Below, in pieces: positions 63,785 through 64,000 of a DNA stretch of 64,000 nt. Below the pieces are notes generated by a model. The model made no database searches and was not told the DNA's origin. It saw nothing but the letters and a program-made list of their open reading frames with translations. Positions within the stretch are counted from its first letter, which is position 1; every line of letters begins with the position of its first letter. The stretch is from an uncultured Dehalococcoidia bacterium (GTDB lineage Bacteria > Chloroflexota > Dehalococcoidia > Lucifugimonadales > UBA1123). The stretch spans positions 5,758-69,757 of the forward strand of contig CAZXFX010000002.1 of NCBI GenBank assembly GCA_964640295.1, read 5' to 3'. The position numbers and the translations under genes are program-made.

Positions 63785-64000
63785 GTGCCAATTAATATAG
63801 TTGTCTGCGCAAAACAGGTTGTTGATCCGGAGACCCCCGCGTCCGCGTTCAGAATAGACCCGGATTCCAAAAGTGTCGTTCCCGCCGCCGGAGTTCCCCC
63901 GGTAGTCAACGGGTTCGACGAAAACGCGGTTGAAGCCGCGCTTCAACTCAAAGAAGCGGTCGGCGCGACCATTACCGTCATTTCGGTCGGAAACAGTTTC
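63785..64000 (+). CDS. etfB: electron transfer flavoprotein beta subunit, 5' partial (runs off the window)
   Basis: Read by hand from GTG 63785: PINIVVCAKQVVDPETPASAFRIDPDSKSVV...NGFDENAVEAALQLKE...ITVISVG, a typical EtfB N-terminus. It is open to the window end and absent from the ORF track because no stop is reached. Confidence 0.75.
   Translation, partial: MPINIVVCAKQVVDPETPASAFRIDPDSKSVVPAAGVPPVVNGFDENAVEAALQLKEAVGATITVISVGNSF

Noticed and set aside
1-64000. Search for integrase, transposase, IS ends, prophage genes, rRNA/tRNA genes or CRISPR-cas anywhere in the window
   Set aside because: No ORF translation resembles a tyrosine or serine recombinase or a DDE transposase. No tRNA-like cloverleaf or rRNA segment was seen by eye. 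Absence cannot be proven without tRNAscan, Infernal or ISfinder-type searches.

Overview
This is a 64 kb, fairly G+C-rich bacterial chromosomal segment (G+C judged by eye, not computed). Most of it is tightly packed housekeeping and metabolic genes. These include an hpnC-hpnD-hpnE squalene module, two amidohydrolase paralogs, rsfS, ndk, tsaB/tsaE and an Opp/Dpp-type peptide ABC transporter operon. There is also a T-box-controlled leuS, MFS and MMPL transporters, a P450 fusion, an M24 peptidase, a halogenase-like flavoprotein and a formylglycine-generating enzyme. A UbiA-family transferase, an HdrD-like Fe-S protein, galU, tatA/tatC/tatB, maf, rlmD-like, lipA, a family III CoA-transferase and the 5' end of etfB complete the set. 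The T-box leader, three Uma2 genes and a lipoprotein binding protein with a Glu/Val-rich linker suggest a Chloroflexota-like organism, but this is a weak guess. I saw no rRNA, tRNA, CRISPR array, integrase or transposase. Several visibly lower-G+C patches carry nuclease or defence-type genes. The strongest candidate for an undescribed system is a translationally coupled four-gene operon at 40385-45192. It encodes a PAPS-reductase-like PP-loop enzyme, an SF2 DEAH helicase, a MORC-like GHKL ATPase and a PLD/HKD nuclease. It matches no named defence system I know. Other accessory elements are an EcoRV-family R-M pair overlapping the leuS stop codon, and a PD-(D/E)XK gene plus small partner wedged between the amidohydrolase paralogs. 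There is also a PD-(D/E)XK-like gene nested inside the peptide transporter operon, a solitary OLD/PARIS-like ABC ATPase, and a tandem mosaic Uma2 pair. All homology calls rest on motifs read by eye and recalled family knowledge. No database search or numerical computation was run.
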